In this document: piece by piece, positions 47,480 through 57,074 of the stretch
Layout of the letters: every line of letters starts with the position of its first letter
Position numbering within the stretch: position 1 is the first letter of the stretch
Assembly: GCA_963578705.1 (NCBI GenBank)
Contig: CAUZDT010000001.1
Span: 1-62,931, forward strand
Length of the DNA stretch: 62,931 nucleotides
Reading direction: 5' to 3'
From: Candidatus Thalassarchaeaceae archaeon
GTDB taxonomy: Archaea > Thermoplasmatota > Poseidoniia > MGIII > CG-Epi1
Notes under the pieces: model-generated
What the model was told of the DNA's origin: nothing
Database searches by the model: none
The model's input: the letters and a program-made list of their open reading frames with translations, nothing else
Program-made: the position numbers and the translations under genes

Positions 47480-48411
47480 TAGTCCTCCTCCCGCATCAGG
47501 TAGTAGACGTCCTTGAGCGAGACCGGCGCGGTGACGTAGTCCTGCACCCGCTCGCCCAGCAGCTTCAGCACCCTGCGCGAAATGCGGTGCACCGCCTGCT
47601 CGTCGGCGGCGAAATAGCGCAGCGTCATCTCGTAGCGTCGCAACGGCTGCGCCACCTTTGCGGCGAGGGCGTCATCAACGTCGCGCTTCAGGTTCACCTC
47701 GACCGTGAATCGGTAGGGCACCTCATCCATAAGCTTGCGCACCGAGGTGAAGCGGTGGACGCGGCCGCCCTCCTGCAGCACCAAGATGCGGTCGCAGAGC
47801 CGGTCGACGACATACGGGTCGTGGTCGACCATCAGCAGCGTCAGGTCCTGGAACGCCTCCAGCTCCTCGAGCATGCCAATCACCTTCTCACGCCGCGACA
47901 GGTCGAGGTTCGCGACGACCTCGTCGAGGAAAAGCACCCGCGGCTGCTTCAGGAAGGCGATGGCGAGTCGCAGCATCGCTTTCTGCCCTTCGGAGAAGCC
48001 TTCCAGCCGGCGGTCCCACATCGCGTAGAGGCCGGTCCGCTTCAGGAACGGGATGACGGTTTCGGGCGGCTTCTGCAGTACCGTCGCGAAGAACTCGATG
48101 GTCTGCCGCAGCGTCAGCTTGGCCTGGAAGTTCAGCGCCGGCGAGATGAACGCGAAGGCACGCCGCGACCGCTCGCTCTGGCGCCAGCTGAAGACGTCCT
48201 GCCCGAAGATGCGCACCCGGCCGGCGTCGGGGCGGTAAATCGTCGCGATGGTGCGCAGCAGCGTGGTCTTGCCGCAGCCGTTGGGGCCGATAATCGCGAC
48301 GTGCTGCCCCTTCTCGACGCTGAAGGAGACGTCGTCGATGACCCGTACGGGCGGCCGGCGCCAGCCGCCGGGGAACTCCTTGACCACGTTTTCGACCTCG
48401 ACTGCCAGCAT
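47479..48411 (-). CDS. ABC transporter ATP-binding protein (atypical signature, C-terminal extension)
   Basis: From ATG 48411: Walker A GPNGCGKTTLL, degenerate signature FSEGQKAMLRLA, Walker B VLFLDEVVANLD, H-loop MVDHD, plus a C-terminal domain of about 100 aa. The start overlaps the permease stop (ATGA). Confidence 0.85.
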   Translation of the reverse strand: MLAVEVENVVKEFPGGWRRPPVRVIDDVSFSVEKGQHVAIIGPNGCGKTTLLRTIATIYRPDAGRVRIFGQDVFSWRQSERSRRAFAFISPALNFQAKLTLRQTIEFFATVLQKPPETVIPFLKRTGLYAMWDRRLEGFSEGQKAMLRLAIAFLKQPRVLFLDEVVANLDLSRREKVIGMLEELEAFQDLTLLMVDHDPYVVDRLCDRILVLQEGGRVHRFTSVRKLMDEVPYRFTVEVNLKRDVDDALAAKVAQPLRRYEMTLRYFAADEQAVHRISRRVLKLLGERVQDYVTAPVSLKDVYYLMREED

Positions 48412-49298
48412 CAGTAGAACTCCAGCGTCCCCCAGCTCTGCGCCTTGCGCTCGAGGTACTTGTAGAGCAGCCCGGCGACGACCCCCGTGACGAAGATGCC
48501 GACCAGCATCGGCTCGAGGTAGGTCGCCCACAGCACGTCGAAGCCGGGCTTCGGGCCGGGGACCAGCACCATGTCGCGCAGGAAGACCAGCCCGGTAATT
48601 ATCGGAATATGCGTCTTGAGCCAGATTGAGACGCCGGTGCCGAGGTAGCCGTCGAGTGCCTCGATGGGAAAGTAGTAGCCGCTCAGCACCTTGAGCGCCG
48701 TCACGACCATGTTGGCGAAGGGCGTGATGCGCTTGGAGACGATGTTGAGCGACGCGACCAGCAGCGAGACCATCAGCATGAATACCCAGATTAGCAGGAA
48801 AACCCCGACGATGAGCGGCAAATCCCCCAGCCCGAAGCCGGCGAAGAGCCCGCGCTGTCCCGGCATCCCGCCCTGCGCCAGGTCGACCACCAGCAGCACC
48901 GGCAGGACGATGAAGAGCGTCGTCAGCAACGTCTTGACCATCGAGGCGATGTTGCGTGCCAGCAGCAGCGTCGAGAGGCTGACGTTGTTCGTCACTAGGA
49001 AGCCGATGGTGCCGCGCGACGCCTCTTCCGGCAGCGCCGCGACCGTATCATCGTAGGCGCGCTGGTAGAGCGCCCAGAAGAGCACCCCCATCAGCAGGAA
49101 GCCCTGCAGCCCGTAGTCAATGCCGAGCTCCCCCGGGTCGGCGGCGTCATCGACGAACGCCCCCAGCACGGTGAAGGCGACGATTATCAGCAGCATGTCG
49201 ATGACGTCGGTCACCAGCTGGAACTTGTAGTTCAGGTCCACTTGCAGGTTGCGCTTGACCGCGCCCTTGAGGACCTTCGCATAGTGGAATGGATGCAT
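48411..49298 (-). CDS. ABC-2 type transporter permease
   Basis: 295 aa, about 6 TM, with EEASRGTIGFLV-type block after TM1/2, as in ABC-2 exporters. First gene of a three-gene overlapping operon. Confidence 0.75.
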   Translation of the reverse strand: MHPFHYAKVLKGAVKRNLQVDLNYKFQLVTDVIDMLLIIVAFTVLGAFVDDAADPGELGIDYGLQGFLLMGVLFWALYQRAYDDTVAALPEEASRGTIGFLVTNNVSLSTLLLARNIASMVKTLLTTLFIVLPVLLVVDLAQGGMPGQRGLFAGFGLGDLPLIVGVFLLIWVFMLMVSLLVASLNIVSKRITPFANMVVTALKVLSGYYFPIEALDGYLGTGVSIWLKTHIPIITGLVFLRDMVLVPGPKPGFDVLWATYLEPMLVGIFVTGVVAGLLYKYLERKAQSWGTLEFY

Positions 49299-49418
49299 CG
49301 TTCGCCTGCGGGAAAGGGGCGAGCGCGGCGCGATTAATAAGCCATGGAGCCGCGCCCGCCGCCTGTCCCGGGCGTGCGGTGGCGAACAGGGAACTAATCG
49401 GCGCTAAGTAATGATAAG

Positions 49419-49428
49419 TTTTTATAAG
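49419..49428 (+). promoter_or_regulatory. TATA-like box (TTTTTATAAG) for the antitoxin-toxin pair
   Basis: Centre lies about 24 nt upstream of ATG 49448, implying a leaderless transcript. Confidence 0.4.
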
Positions 49429-49447
49429 TCCCGCTGGTTCGCCTTCC

Positions 49448-49681
49448 ATGATTAACGCCCTGATTAAGCTTGATGAGCGCAGCAATCGCGTGCTCAACAT
49501 CATCAAGGCCCAGCTCGGCCTGCGCAACAAGTCCGAAGCGGTGCAAGTGGCGGTCCAGGCCTACGAGACCGAACATCTTGAACCCGAGTTGCGCCCCTCT
49601 TACGTCGCGCGGCTCAAGGAACTCCAGGATGAAGAATCGGTCGAAGTGGCGGATTTCGCCGAGCGCTACGAACTGCCGTGA
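49448..49681 (+). CDS. Putative type II antitoxin (DUF2683-like)
   Basis: 77 aa. INALIKLDERSNRVLNIIKAQLGLRNKSEAVQVAVQAYE resembles the archaeal DUF2683 pattern (...NR.LN..KA..G.K.KSEA...). Sits 6 nt upstream of a RelE-like gene. Confidence 0.6.
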   Translation: MINALIKLDERSNRVLNIIKAQLGLRNKSEAVQVAVQAYETEHLEPELRPSYVARLKELQDEESVEVADFAERYELP

Positions 49682-49687
49682 AGCGCC

Positions 49688-49957
49688 ATGACGCGCTACA
49701 GGCTGGCAATCAGGAAGTCGCTCGACAAGCGGCTGGCCAGGCTCGCCCGACGCGACCGGGCGCTGTTGCGGGCGGTCTGGAAAAAGGTCGAACGGCTGCG
49801 TGCCGACCCGCACCTCGGCAAGCCGCTTCGCGCGCCGATGCAGAACCTGCGGCGAGTGCACCTGCCGGGCTCATACGTACTGATTTACACCATCGATGAA
49901 GCGCAGCGCACCATCACTCTCTACGACCTGGCGCCTCACGACAGGGTCTATCGCTAG
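49688..49957 (+). CDS. relE: Type II toxin, RelE/ParE superfamily mRNA interferase
   Basis: 89 aa. Y.L.I.KS..K.L.RL...D...L...I..L..DPH.GKPL........RRV....YVLIY.ID, the typical RelE/StbE pattern. Confidence 0.75.
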   Translation: MTRYRLAIRKSLDKRLARLARRDRALLRAVWKKVERLRADPHLGKPLRAPMQNLRRVHLPGSYVLIYTIDEAQRTITLYDLAPHDRVYR

Positions 49958-50090
49958 CGTCAGAAACCACGAAGTCGCCGCGCCCCGCGCTCCGCCGGCC
50001 TCCACGGAGCAGCCAGCAGCGAAGCCACCTATATCTGCTCTTTCGTAAAAAACGGGCCACCACTTGAGGATTAATCACTCGGCGGGACAA

Positions 50091-50167
50091 TGGAGCCACC
50101 GGAGGGAGTTGAACCCTCGACCTGCCGCTTACAAGGCGGCCGCTCTGGCCGGCTGAGCTACGGTGGC
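50091..50167 (-). tRNA. tRNA-Thr (anticodon TGT), 3' CCA encoded
   Basis: The reverse complement is GCCACCGTAGCTCAGCCGGCCAGAGCGGCCGCCTTGTAAGCGGCAGGTCGAGGGTTCAACTCCCTCCGGTGGCTCCA. Acceptor GCCACCG/CGGTGGC. Anticodon arm GCCGC-CTTGTAA-GCGGC. Confidence 0.92.
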
Positions 50168-50293
50168 CCGGTGTGCCGAGAGCGGCGCGGCAATAGCGGT
50201 TTCGTCGGGTGCGGCGCGGGTGCGGCAGCGGCGCAATGGGGGGCGGCGCGCAGCGCTGAAACGCCGTTATCGTCGGGCGCCGTTGCCGAACGC

Positions 50294-50301
50294 TATAAAT
50301 A
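50294..50301 (+). promoter_or_regulatory. TATA box (TATAAATA) of the S12-S7-EF2-EF1alpha-S10 operon
   Basis: A strong AT-rich octamer about 50 nt upstream of the S12 start implies a leader of about 25 nt. That leader contains GGGGAG (SD-like) 8 nt before the TTG start. Confidence 0.5.
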
Positions 50302-50348
50302 CAGACCCCTTCTGCGCGAAAACCTCCGCTCGTCGGGGAGATGCAAAT

Positions 50349-50777
50349 TTGGCCAGGGGACTCTACACCGCCGCGCAAGCTCGCAAGAACCGCCAGAAGC
50401 AACGCTGGAACGACCGCTACTATCGCAAGCGGGTCCTGCGGCTGAAGCAGAAGGCGGACCCGCTGCAGGGCGCGCCGCAGGCGAAAGGCATCGTGGTCGA
50501 GAAGGTCGGGGTCGAGGCTAAACAGCCCAATTCCGGCATCCGCAAGTGTGTGCGAGTGCAGCTCATCAAGAACGGCCGGCAGGTGACCGCGCTGGCGCCG
50601 GGCAACCTCGCCATCAGCTTCATCGACGAACACGATGAAGTGGTCATCGAAGGCGTCGGCGGACGGATGGGACGCTCGTACGGTGACCTCTCCGGCGTGC
50701 GCTACCGGGTCCTGAAGGTCAACAACGTCTCGCTGCGCGAGATGGTTCGCGGGCGCAAGGAGAAGCCGATTCGGTGA
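50349..50777 (+). CDS. rps12: 30S ribosomal protein S12 (uS12)
   Basis: [80 protein letters not shown] 50349 is the only plausible in-frame start, giving about 142 aa. The ORF's 5' part is junk. Confidence 0.9.
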   Translation: MARGLYTAAQARKNRQKQRWNDRYYRKRVLRLKQKADPLQGAPQAKGIVVEKVGVEAKQPNSGIRKCVRVQLIKNGRQVTALAPGNLAISFIDEHDEVVIEGVGGRMGRSYGDLSGVRYRVLKVNNVSLREMVRGRKEKPIR

Positions 50778-51421
50778 GCGTGGTCGCAGAGGCCGAGGCG
50801 ACCGGGGCGGACGCAGCTCCCGAGACGGAGCCGGAAGCACCGCCCGAGCCGGAGCTGCCGGTGCTGCCGCTCTTCGGCAAGTGGGACCTCAGCGAGGTCG
50901 AGGTGGAGGACCCGACGCTGCGCAAGTACATCAACCTCAACGCTTTCCAGGTGCCGCACACCGGCGGCCGCCACGCGCGGACGCGGTTCGGCAAGCATCG
51001 CATGACTGTCGTCGAGCGCCTCATCAACAACCTGATGCGCTCCGAGCGCTACACCGGCAAGAAGGCGCAAGCCTACAAGGTGCTGCGCAACTCGTTCGAC
51101 ATCGTCCACGCCAAGAAGAAGCAGAATCCGATGCAGGTGCTGGTGCGCGCGCTCGAGAACAGCGCGCCGCGCGCCGAAGTGGTTTCGCTGCGGTACGGCG
51201 GCATCCGGGTCTACAGCGGCGTCGACGTCTCGCCGGCGCGACGGCTCGAGACTGCGATTGGCAACATCTGCCGCGGCGCGATTGCGGCAGCCCCCAAGCA
51301 GCGCTCAATCGAGAAGGCGCTGGCGCGCGAAATCATGCTCGCCGCCGAAGGGAACCCTGCCTCTTTTGCAGTGGCCAAGAAGGATGACAAGGAGCGCCAG
51401 GCGGAAGCCGCGCACAACTGA
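50774..51421 (+). CDS. rps7: 30S ribosomal protein S7 (uS7) with acidic N-terminal extension
   Basis: [34 protein letters not shown]....VVERLIN.LMR, GKK..A..V......IV. GTG overlaps the S12 stop (GTGA). The first about 30 aa are Glu/Ala/Pro-rich. Confidence 0.9.
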   Translation: MSVVAEAEATGADAAPETEPEAPPEPELPVLPLFGKWDLSEVEVEDPTLRKYINLNAFQVPHTGGRHARTRFGKHRMTVVERLINNLMRSERYTGKKAQAYKVLRNSFDIVHAKKKQNPMQVLVRALENSAPRAEVVSLRYGGIRVYSGVDVSPARRLETAIGNICRGAIAAAPKQRSIEKALAREIMLAAEGNPASFAVAKKDDKERQAEAAHN

Positions 51422-51426
51422 GGACC

Positions 51427-53622
51427 ATGGGCCGCAAGGAAGACAACGTCAAGCGCGCGCAGGCGCTGTTCCGCGAGCTGGGGCAGATTCGCAACATCGG
51501 CACCGCGGCGCATATCGACCACGGCAAGACCACGCTCTCGGACAATCTGATTTTCGGCGCCGGAATGATGTCGGAAGACCTCGCCGGCAAGCAGCTGATG
51601 CTCGATTTCGACGAGCAGGAATCGGCGCGCGGCATCACCATCAACGCCGCCAACGCCTCAATGGTCCACGAGCACAAGGGCACCGATTACCTCATCAATC
51701 TTATCGACACCCCGGGGCACGTTGATTTCGGCGGTGACGTTACCCGCGCGATGCGCGCGCTCGACGGCGTGATTATTGTCGTCTGCGCGGTCGAGGGCAT
51801 CATGCCACAAACCGAGACGGTCATCCGGCAGGCGTTGAAGGAGAAGGTCAAGCCGGTGCTTTTCATTAACAAGGTGGACCGGCTGATTGCCGAGTTACAG
51901 GTTACGCCCGAGGACATGCAGCAGCGGTTCGGGAAGATTATCACCGAGGTCAACAATCTCATCATGGGGCAGGTGCCCAAGGAATTCCGCAAGGAGTGGA
52001 AGCTGGACGCAGCTGCCGGTATGGTCGCCTTCGGGTCAGCCTACCACAACTGGGCCACATCTATCCCGTTCATGCAGAAGAAGGGGATCTCCTTCAAACA
52101 AATTTACGATTACATGATGGAGGAGGACCGCAAGGGCCTTGCACACGCCGCACCGCTGCACGAAGTGCTGCTCGACATGATTGTCGAGAAGATGCCTTCG
52201 GCCGAGGTGGCGCAGAAGTACCGCATCCCGCACATCTGGCACGGTGACCCCGACTCGGCCGCCGGCAAGGCGATGGTATCCGCCGACGACAAGGGAGTCA
52301 CGACTTTCATGGTCACCAAGGTGGTCATCGACCCGCACGCGGGCGAAATCGCCGTCGGGCGGCTCTTTTCGGGCACAATCGCCAAGGGCGACCAGCTCTA
52401 CATTTCCGGGATGTCCGCCCCCAACCGGGTCCAGTCGGTGGGCGTCTTTGTCGGCGCCGACCGGATTGCGACTGAGCAGGTGACCGCCGGCAACATCGTC
52501 GCCATCGCCGGGCTGCGCGACGCCATCTCCGGCTCGACCGCCACCTCCCAGCAGGACCTTGAGCCGTTCGAGCGCATCGTCCACCACTCGGAGCCGGTCG
52601 TCACGACCGCCATCGAGGCGAAGCATACGCGCGACCTGCCGAAGCTGGTCGAGGTGCTGCGCGCAGTCTCCAAGGCCGACCCCTCAATCCAGATTGATTC
52701 CAACCTCGAGACGGGCGAGCACCTGATGTCGGGGATGGGCGAGCTGCACCTTGAAATCACCGAGTATCGCATCGCCAAGGAGCACGGCGTCGAGATTACC
52801 ACCTCACCGCCCATCGTGGTCTACCGCGAGGCAGTCATGGAACCCTCGCCAGGCGTATTCGAGGGCAAATCGCCCAACAAGCACAACCGTTTCTTCGTCA
52901 CTGTCGAGCCGCTCGAGCCGGACGTGCTCGCCGCCATCCAGGACGGCACAATCCCGTCAGGCGACATCAAGAAGTCGCGCGAAGTGGCGCGGCAGCTGAT
53001 GGAGTACGACTGGGACCGCCCCATCGCACGCGGCGTGCTCTGCATCGAGAACGGCTGCGTCTTCATCGACGCCACCAAGGGCGTGCAGAACCTGTTCGAG
53101 ACGCGCGAACTGCTAATCGAGGCGTTCAAGGAAGTCGTCAACCGCGGCCCCCGCTCGCACGAGCGGTTGCTCGGCGTCAAGGTACTGTTGCGCGACGCCA
53201 AGCTGCACGAGGACGCCATCCATCGCGGCCCGGCACAGACGATCCCTGCCGTCCGCAACGCCATTAACGGCTCGATGCTCATGGCGGGTGTGGCGCTGAT
53301 GGAGCCGAAGCAGAAAGTCTACATCAGCGTCCCGCAGGACCAGATGGGAGCCGTCACGGGCGAGATGTCGCAGCGCCGCTCAGTAATTGCCGGGATGGAA
53401 ACTGAAGGCGACCTCGCTACGATTACGGCCAAGGCGCCAGTCAAGGAAATGTTCGGCTTCGCGGGCGAGATTCGCTCGGCGACCGCCGGCCGCGCGCTCT
53501 GGTCCACCGAGTTCGCCGGCTACGAGCCGCTGCCGCGCGAGCTGCTGGATGATGTCACGGCCGAAATCCGGGAGCGGAAAGGGCTGAAACCCGAGGTTCC
53601 GAAACCCGAAAACTACGCCTGA
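51427..53622 (+). CDS. fusA: Translation elongation factor aEF-2
   Basis: IRNIGTAAHIDHGKTTLSDNL, INLIDTPGHVDFGGDV, NKVDRLI, GELHLE, and C-terminal diphthamide-region block EDAIHRGPAQ. 731 aa. Confidence 0.97.
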   Translation: MGRKEDNVKRAQALFRELGQIRNIGTAAHIDHGKTTLSDNLIFGAGMMSEDLAGKQLMLDFDEQESARGITINAANASMVHEHKGTDYLINLIDTPGHVDFGGDVTRAMRALDGVIIVVCAVEGIMPQTETVIRQALKEKVKPVLFINKVDRLIAELQVTPEDMQQRFGKIITEVNNLIMGQVPKEFRKEWKLDAAAGMVAFGSAYHNWATSIPFMQKKGISFKQIYDYMMEEDRKGLAHAAPLHEVLLDMIVEKMPSAEVAQKYRIPHIWHGDPDSAAGKAMVSADDKGVTTFMVTKVVIDPHAGEIAVGRLFSGTIAKGDQLYISGMSAPNRVQSVGVFVGADRIATEQVTAGNIVAIAGLRDAISGSTATSQQDLEPFERIVHHSEPVVTTAIEAKHTRDLPKLVEVLRAVSKADPSIQIDSNLETGEHLMSGMGELHLEITEYRIAKEHGVEITTSPPIVVYREAVMEPSPGVFEGKSPNKHNRFFVTVEPLEPDVLAAIQDGTIPSGDIKKSREVARQLMEYDWDRPIARGVLCIENGCVFIDATKGVQNLFETRELLIEAFKEVVNRGPRSHERLLGVKVLLRDAKLHEDAIHRGPAQTIPAVRNAINGSMLMAGVALMEPKQKVYISVPQDQMGAVTGEMSQRRSVIAGMETEGDLATITAKAPVKEMFGFAGEIRSATAGRALWSTEFAGYEPLPRELLDDVTAEIRERKGLKPEVPKPENYA

Positions 53623-53696
53623 TTTTCCGACGAGAAGCGAGTTAATCTTTATTTACCCCCTGTCCTGCGGCCCCACCTGACCAAAGGAGGTCAAAA

Positions 53697-54986
53697 ATGG
53701 CAAGCAAACCCCACCTGAATGTAGTATTCATCGGTCACGTCGACCACGGCAAGTCTACCTCAGTCGGCCGACTCCTTCTGGAGACCGGTGCAATCGAACA
53801 GCACCTTATTGACAAGTATCGCAAGGAAGCTGAAGAGCGCGGCAAGGGCGGCTTCGAGCTGGCGTACGTGATGGATAACCTGAAAGAAGAACGCGAGCGT
53901 GGCGTCACGATTGACGTAGCACACAAGAAGTTCGAGACCGACAAGACCTATTTCACGATCATCGATGCCCCGGGGCACCGAGATTTCGTCAAGAACATGA
54001 TTACCGGTACCTCGCAGGCTGACGCCGCAGTGCTGGTGGTCGCAGCCGACGACGGCATCAAGGCGCAGACCAAGGAGCACCTCTGGCTCGCCAAGGTGAT
54101 GGGCGTCGAGCAGCTGATTGTCTCCATCAACAAGATGGATATCACCAAGCCAGCCTACTCCGAGAAGCGTTTCGAGGAGGTCAAGGCTGACCTCGAGAAG
54201 ATGCTCAAGATGGTTGGCTTCCGCGACGAGCAGGTGACCCTCCTGCCCGCTTCCGGCTGGAAAGCGGACAACATCGCCGCCAAGAGTGACAACCTCAGCT
54301 GGTGGAGCGGCGACACGCTGCTCGCCGCGCTCAACAAGCTCTCACCCCCTAAGGGGCAGGAGGGTGATTCGCTACGTCTGCCAATCCAGGACGTCTACAA
54401 GATTTCGGGTATCGGCGCTGTGCCGGTCGGCCGGGTCGAGACTGGAGTCCTCAAGCCGGGCATGAAAGTCAGCTTCCGCCCCTCCACCCATCAGGGCGGT
54501 AAGGTCGGCGAAGTCAAGTCGGTCGAGATGCACCACGCCGAGGTTCCGCAAGCGGTGCCGGGCGACAACGTCGGCTTCAACCTGCGTGGCATTTCGCACA
54601 CCGATATCCGCCGCGGCGATGTCTGCGGCCCCGAGAACGATCCGCCCACCGTGGCGCGTGCGTTCAAGGCACAGGTCATGATTCTGGACCACCCCAACGT
54701 GATTACCAAGGGGTACACCCCGGTATTCCACTGCCACACCGCACAGGTGGCGTGCACCTTCGACACCCTGCTGGCGAAGATGGACCCCCGCACCGGACAG
54801 GTGACCGAGGAAAATCCCGACTTCCTGAAGAAGGGCGACGCGGCAATGGTGCTCATCAAGCCCACCAAGCCGCTCGCAATTGAGGAACAGGCCAAGTTCA
54901 AGCAGCTTTCGCGCTTCGCTATCCGTGACATGGGTAAGACCGTCGCGGCCGGCATGTGCCTCAAGATTGAGGAGTCCTGGGACTGA
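53697..54986 (+). CDS. tuf: Translation elongation factor aEF-1 alpha
   Basis: [72 protein letters not shown] 6 nt upstream, plus an AT-rich TTAATCTTTATTTA that may be an internal promoter. Confidence 0.97.
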   Translation: MASKPHLNVVFIGHVDHGKSTSVGRLLLETGAIEQHLIDKYRKEAEERGKGGFELAYVMDNLKEERERGVTIDVAHKKFETDKTYFTIIDAPGHRDFVKNMITGTSQADAAVLVVAADDGIKAQTKEHLWLAKVMGVEQLIVSINKMDITKPAYSEKRFEEVKADLEKMLKMVGFRDEQVTLLPASGWKADNIAAKSDNLSWWSGDTLLAALNKLSPPKGQEGDSLRLPIQDVYKISGIGAVPVGRVETGVLKPGMKVSFRPSTHQGGKVGEVKSVEMHHAEVPQAVPGDNVGFNLRGISHTDIRRGDVCGPENDPPTVARAFKAQVMILDHPNVITKGYTPVFHCHTAQVACTFDTLLAKMDPRTGQVTEENPDFLKKGDAAMVLIKPTKPLAIEEQAKFKQLSRFAIRDMGKTVAAGMCLKIEESWD

Positions 54987-54994
54987 ACTGAGGA

Positions 54995-55318
54995 ATGGCG
55001 AAGGGAGATACACGGGCCTGCATCTCCCTGCACGCCCTCGACCACGGCTCGGTTGATCTGGTCTGCGAGCAGATTCGCACCATCTCCGACCGCACCGGCG
55101 TCCAGATGACCGGGCCGATCCCGCTCCCGACGCGCAAGCTGCGCGTGCCCGTGCGGAAATCCCCCGACGGCGAAGGCTCCGAGACGTGGGACCGCTGGGA
55201 AGCGCGGCTCCACAAGCGACTCATCTACATTGACGCCGACGACCGTGCACTGCGCCAGCTGATGCGCATCCAGATACCCGACGGCGTCAAGATTTCCATC
55301 CAGATTCAGTCGAAGTAG
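54995..55318 (+). CDS. rps10: 30S ribosomal protein S10 (uS10)
   Basis: [48 protein letters not shown]: archaeal S10 pattern. 107 aa. Confidence 0.93.
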   Translation: MAKGDTRACISLHALDHGSVDLVCEQIRTISDRTGVQMTGPIPLPTRKLRVPVRKSPDGEGSETWDRWEARLHKRLIYIDADDRALRQLMRIQIPDGVKISIQIQSK

Positions 55319-55322
55319 TCGC

Positions 55323-57074
55323 CTACAGGTACGGCGACAGCAGCATGCAGAACATCACCGCCGAGCCGTAGAGCGGGAGCCACGAGAAGCGCGCGACCTG
55401 CACGACGGCGTTCGCGGCGGCCGAGATGCGGTCCTGCATCCCCTGCCCCAGGATTTCGACGCCGTCGACCGTGACGCGCCCCATCGCGCTCTCGGCCGGC
55501 GCGAGGTCCGCCAGCGCCTCCGCCAGCGCCGCCTGCGCCGCGGGGAGAATGAAGTCGACGCCCAAGAGCGGGTTGTGGCCGCCGGGACGGATGTTGACGT
55601 AATGGTTGTCGGTCGTCGCCAGCAGCAGCGTATCGACGCTGTCAGCGAGGCCTTCCCGCAAGGCGGCGTTCATGCCGGGGGCGAAGCCGTTGGCGTCCCA
55701 TAGCAGCAGCGCGCTGGTCGCGCCACCCGTTTCGAGCGCGAGCACGCGCAGCCCGCCGGGGCCGATGCCGTGCTCCAGGTCCTCCCCCGGCAGCCGCGCG
55801 ACTCCGGCACGCAGTTCACCGACGGGAGCGGCGCGGCAGCGCTCGGCCGCCGTGCCCATCGCCTCTGCCAAAGCACTGCCGGCGTCGGTGCCGACCGGTA
55901 GTGGGGGGCGGCCCCAGCCCTCCTGGTTGTGCAGGTCGACAAGCAAGCGCTCGCCGTCGCCGCGGGTGGCGCTGCCTTCGAGGATTGAGCCGAGCACGGG
56001 GTGGATATCGTCGCTGTCGTCCGGCTCGGCAAAGAGCAGCAAGTCTTCCCCAAGGCCGAGCACGTGCGCGCCCGGTGTCGCGCCAGCCGACGTGGCGGGG
56101 CGGCCGCCGCCGCCGTGCGCGGCGCCGGCGGCCGCCTCCGCCATCGCGACGCCGATGCGGTTGACGTCCTCGGCGCGCAGCGGGTTCTGGTCATTGGTCG
56201 TCGCGCCATGCAGCGCGAAGCCAAGACCAGGGAGTTCGGGGTCAATCTTCGACGGCAGGTTGCTGCCGCCCAGCTCGCCGAGCGGGCCGGGGTGCAGCCC
56301 GGGAATGGCGAGGAACGCCAGCGGCTCCCCGTCACGGCGCAGCGACGCCCAGCCGCTCTCGACGCGCACCGTCTGACAGATTTCTCGCAAGGCGCGCGTC
56401 AGCCGCCGCCCGTCGCCGGTCGAGTAGAATTCGATGAACGCCGCCATGTGCCGCATACCCGAAATGCCGACCGCACGCTGATAGGGGGTGTCGACGAAGA
56501 AGAGGAAGCCGTAACTGGCGGCGGTGAACGTGACCAACGAAACGAGGCCGACGTTGAGCCAGTGCTCGGAGTTGTCGCCGAAGAGCCCCCACAGCGACGC
56601 CAGCGGCGCCACCATCGCGAGCGAAAGGGCGACCCAGCCCGGCGCGGAGCCGTGGGTGCGCAGCGTGAGATACCAGAGCCCGCCGGTCGCGCCGACGCCA
56701 AACGCCAGCCCGCCCATAGTCGAGAACCACCACTCACCGCCAGCGAGGGTGCAGAAGAGCATAATCAGCGCGCCGGTCGCGCCGGTCTGCAAGCCGTAGC
56801 GCAGCGGGTAGCGGCCGTCCCACGTCCACGCGAGGTTGGCGGCGAGCGTTGCGACCAGCAGCGGCGGCAGCGCCAGCGCGACCGCGCCGAGCAGCAGCCG
56901 GTCGGAGACCGCCTCGGTGATGAGCGGGTAGTCGCGCAGCCCGATTACCGCCAGCGCCAGCGTCGCGGCAGCGAAGAGCGCGCCGCTCAGTTCGCGGCGC
57001 GGGGTGTGCAGCAGGTAGCCCGAGAGTCGTGCGGGGGGCGGCACATCGGGGTCGATGACGAGCTCGGGGGCCAT
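55323..57074 (-). CDS. Large archaeal membrane protein, DUF2070-like (N-terminal about 7 TM, C-terminal soluble domain)
   Basis: 583 aa with multiple N-terminal TM helices and then a soluble half. Size and topology match my recollection of DUF2070/COG3356. No catalytic motif recognised. The ATG directly abuts the GGGPS stop (TGAATG). Confidence 0.5.
   Translation of the reverse strand: MAPELVIDPDVPPPARLSGYLLHTPRRELSGALFAAATLALAVIGLRDYPLITEAVSDRLLLGAVALALPPLLVATLAANLAWTWDGRYPLRYGLQTGATGALIMLFCTLAGGEWWFSTMGGLAFGVGATGGLWYLTLRTHGSAPGWVALSLAMVAPLASLWGLFGDNSEHWLNVGLVSLVTFTAASYGFLFFVDTPYQRAVGISGMRHMAAFIEFYSTGDGRRLTRALREICQTVRVESGWASLRRDGEPLAFLAIPGLHPGPLGELGGSNLPSKIDPELPGLGFALHGATTNDQNPLRAEDVNRIGVAMAEAAAGAAHGGGGRPATSAGATPGAHVLGLGEDLLLFAEPDDSDDIHPVLGSILEGSATRGDGERLLVDLHNQEGWGRPPLPVGTDAGSALAEAMGTAAERCRAAPVGELRAGVARLPGEDLEHGIGPGGLRVLALETGGATSALLLWDANGFAPGMNAALREGLADSVDTLLLATTDNHYVNIRPGGHNPLLGVDFILPAAQAALAEALADLAPAESAMGRVTVDGVEILGQGMQDRISAAANAVVQVARFSWLPLYGSAVMFCMLLSPYL

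Noticed and set aside
46283-47482. 399-aa plus-strand ORF
   Set aside because: It is antisense to the beta-propeller part of the 789-aa gene, whose repeat structure and full-length frame are far more convincing.
49914-50840. 308-aa minus-strand ORF spanning tRNA-Thr and the S12 gene
   Set aside because: It runs through a tRNA gene and is antisense to rps12, so it is not credible.
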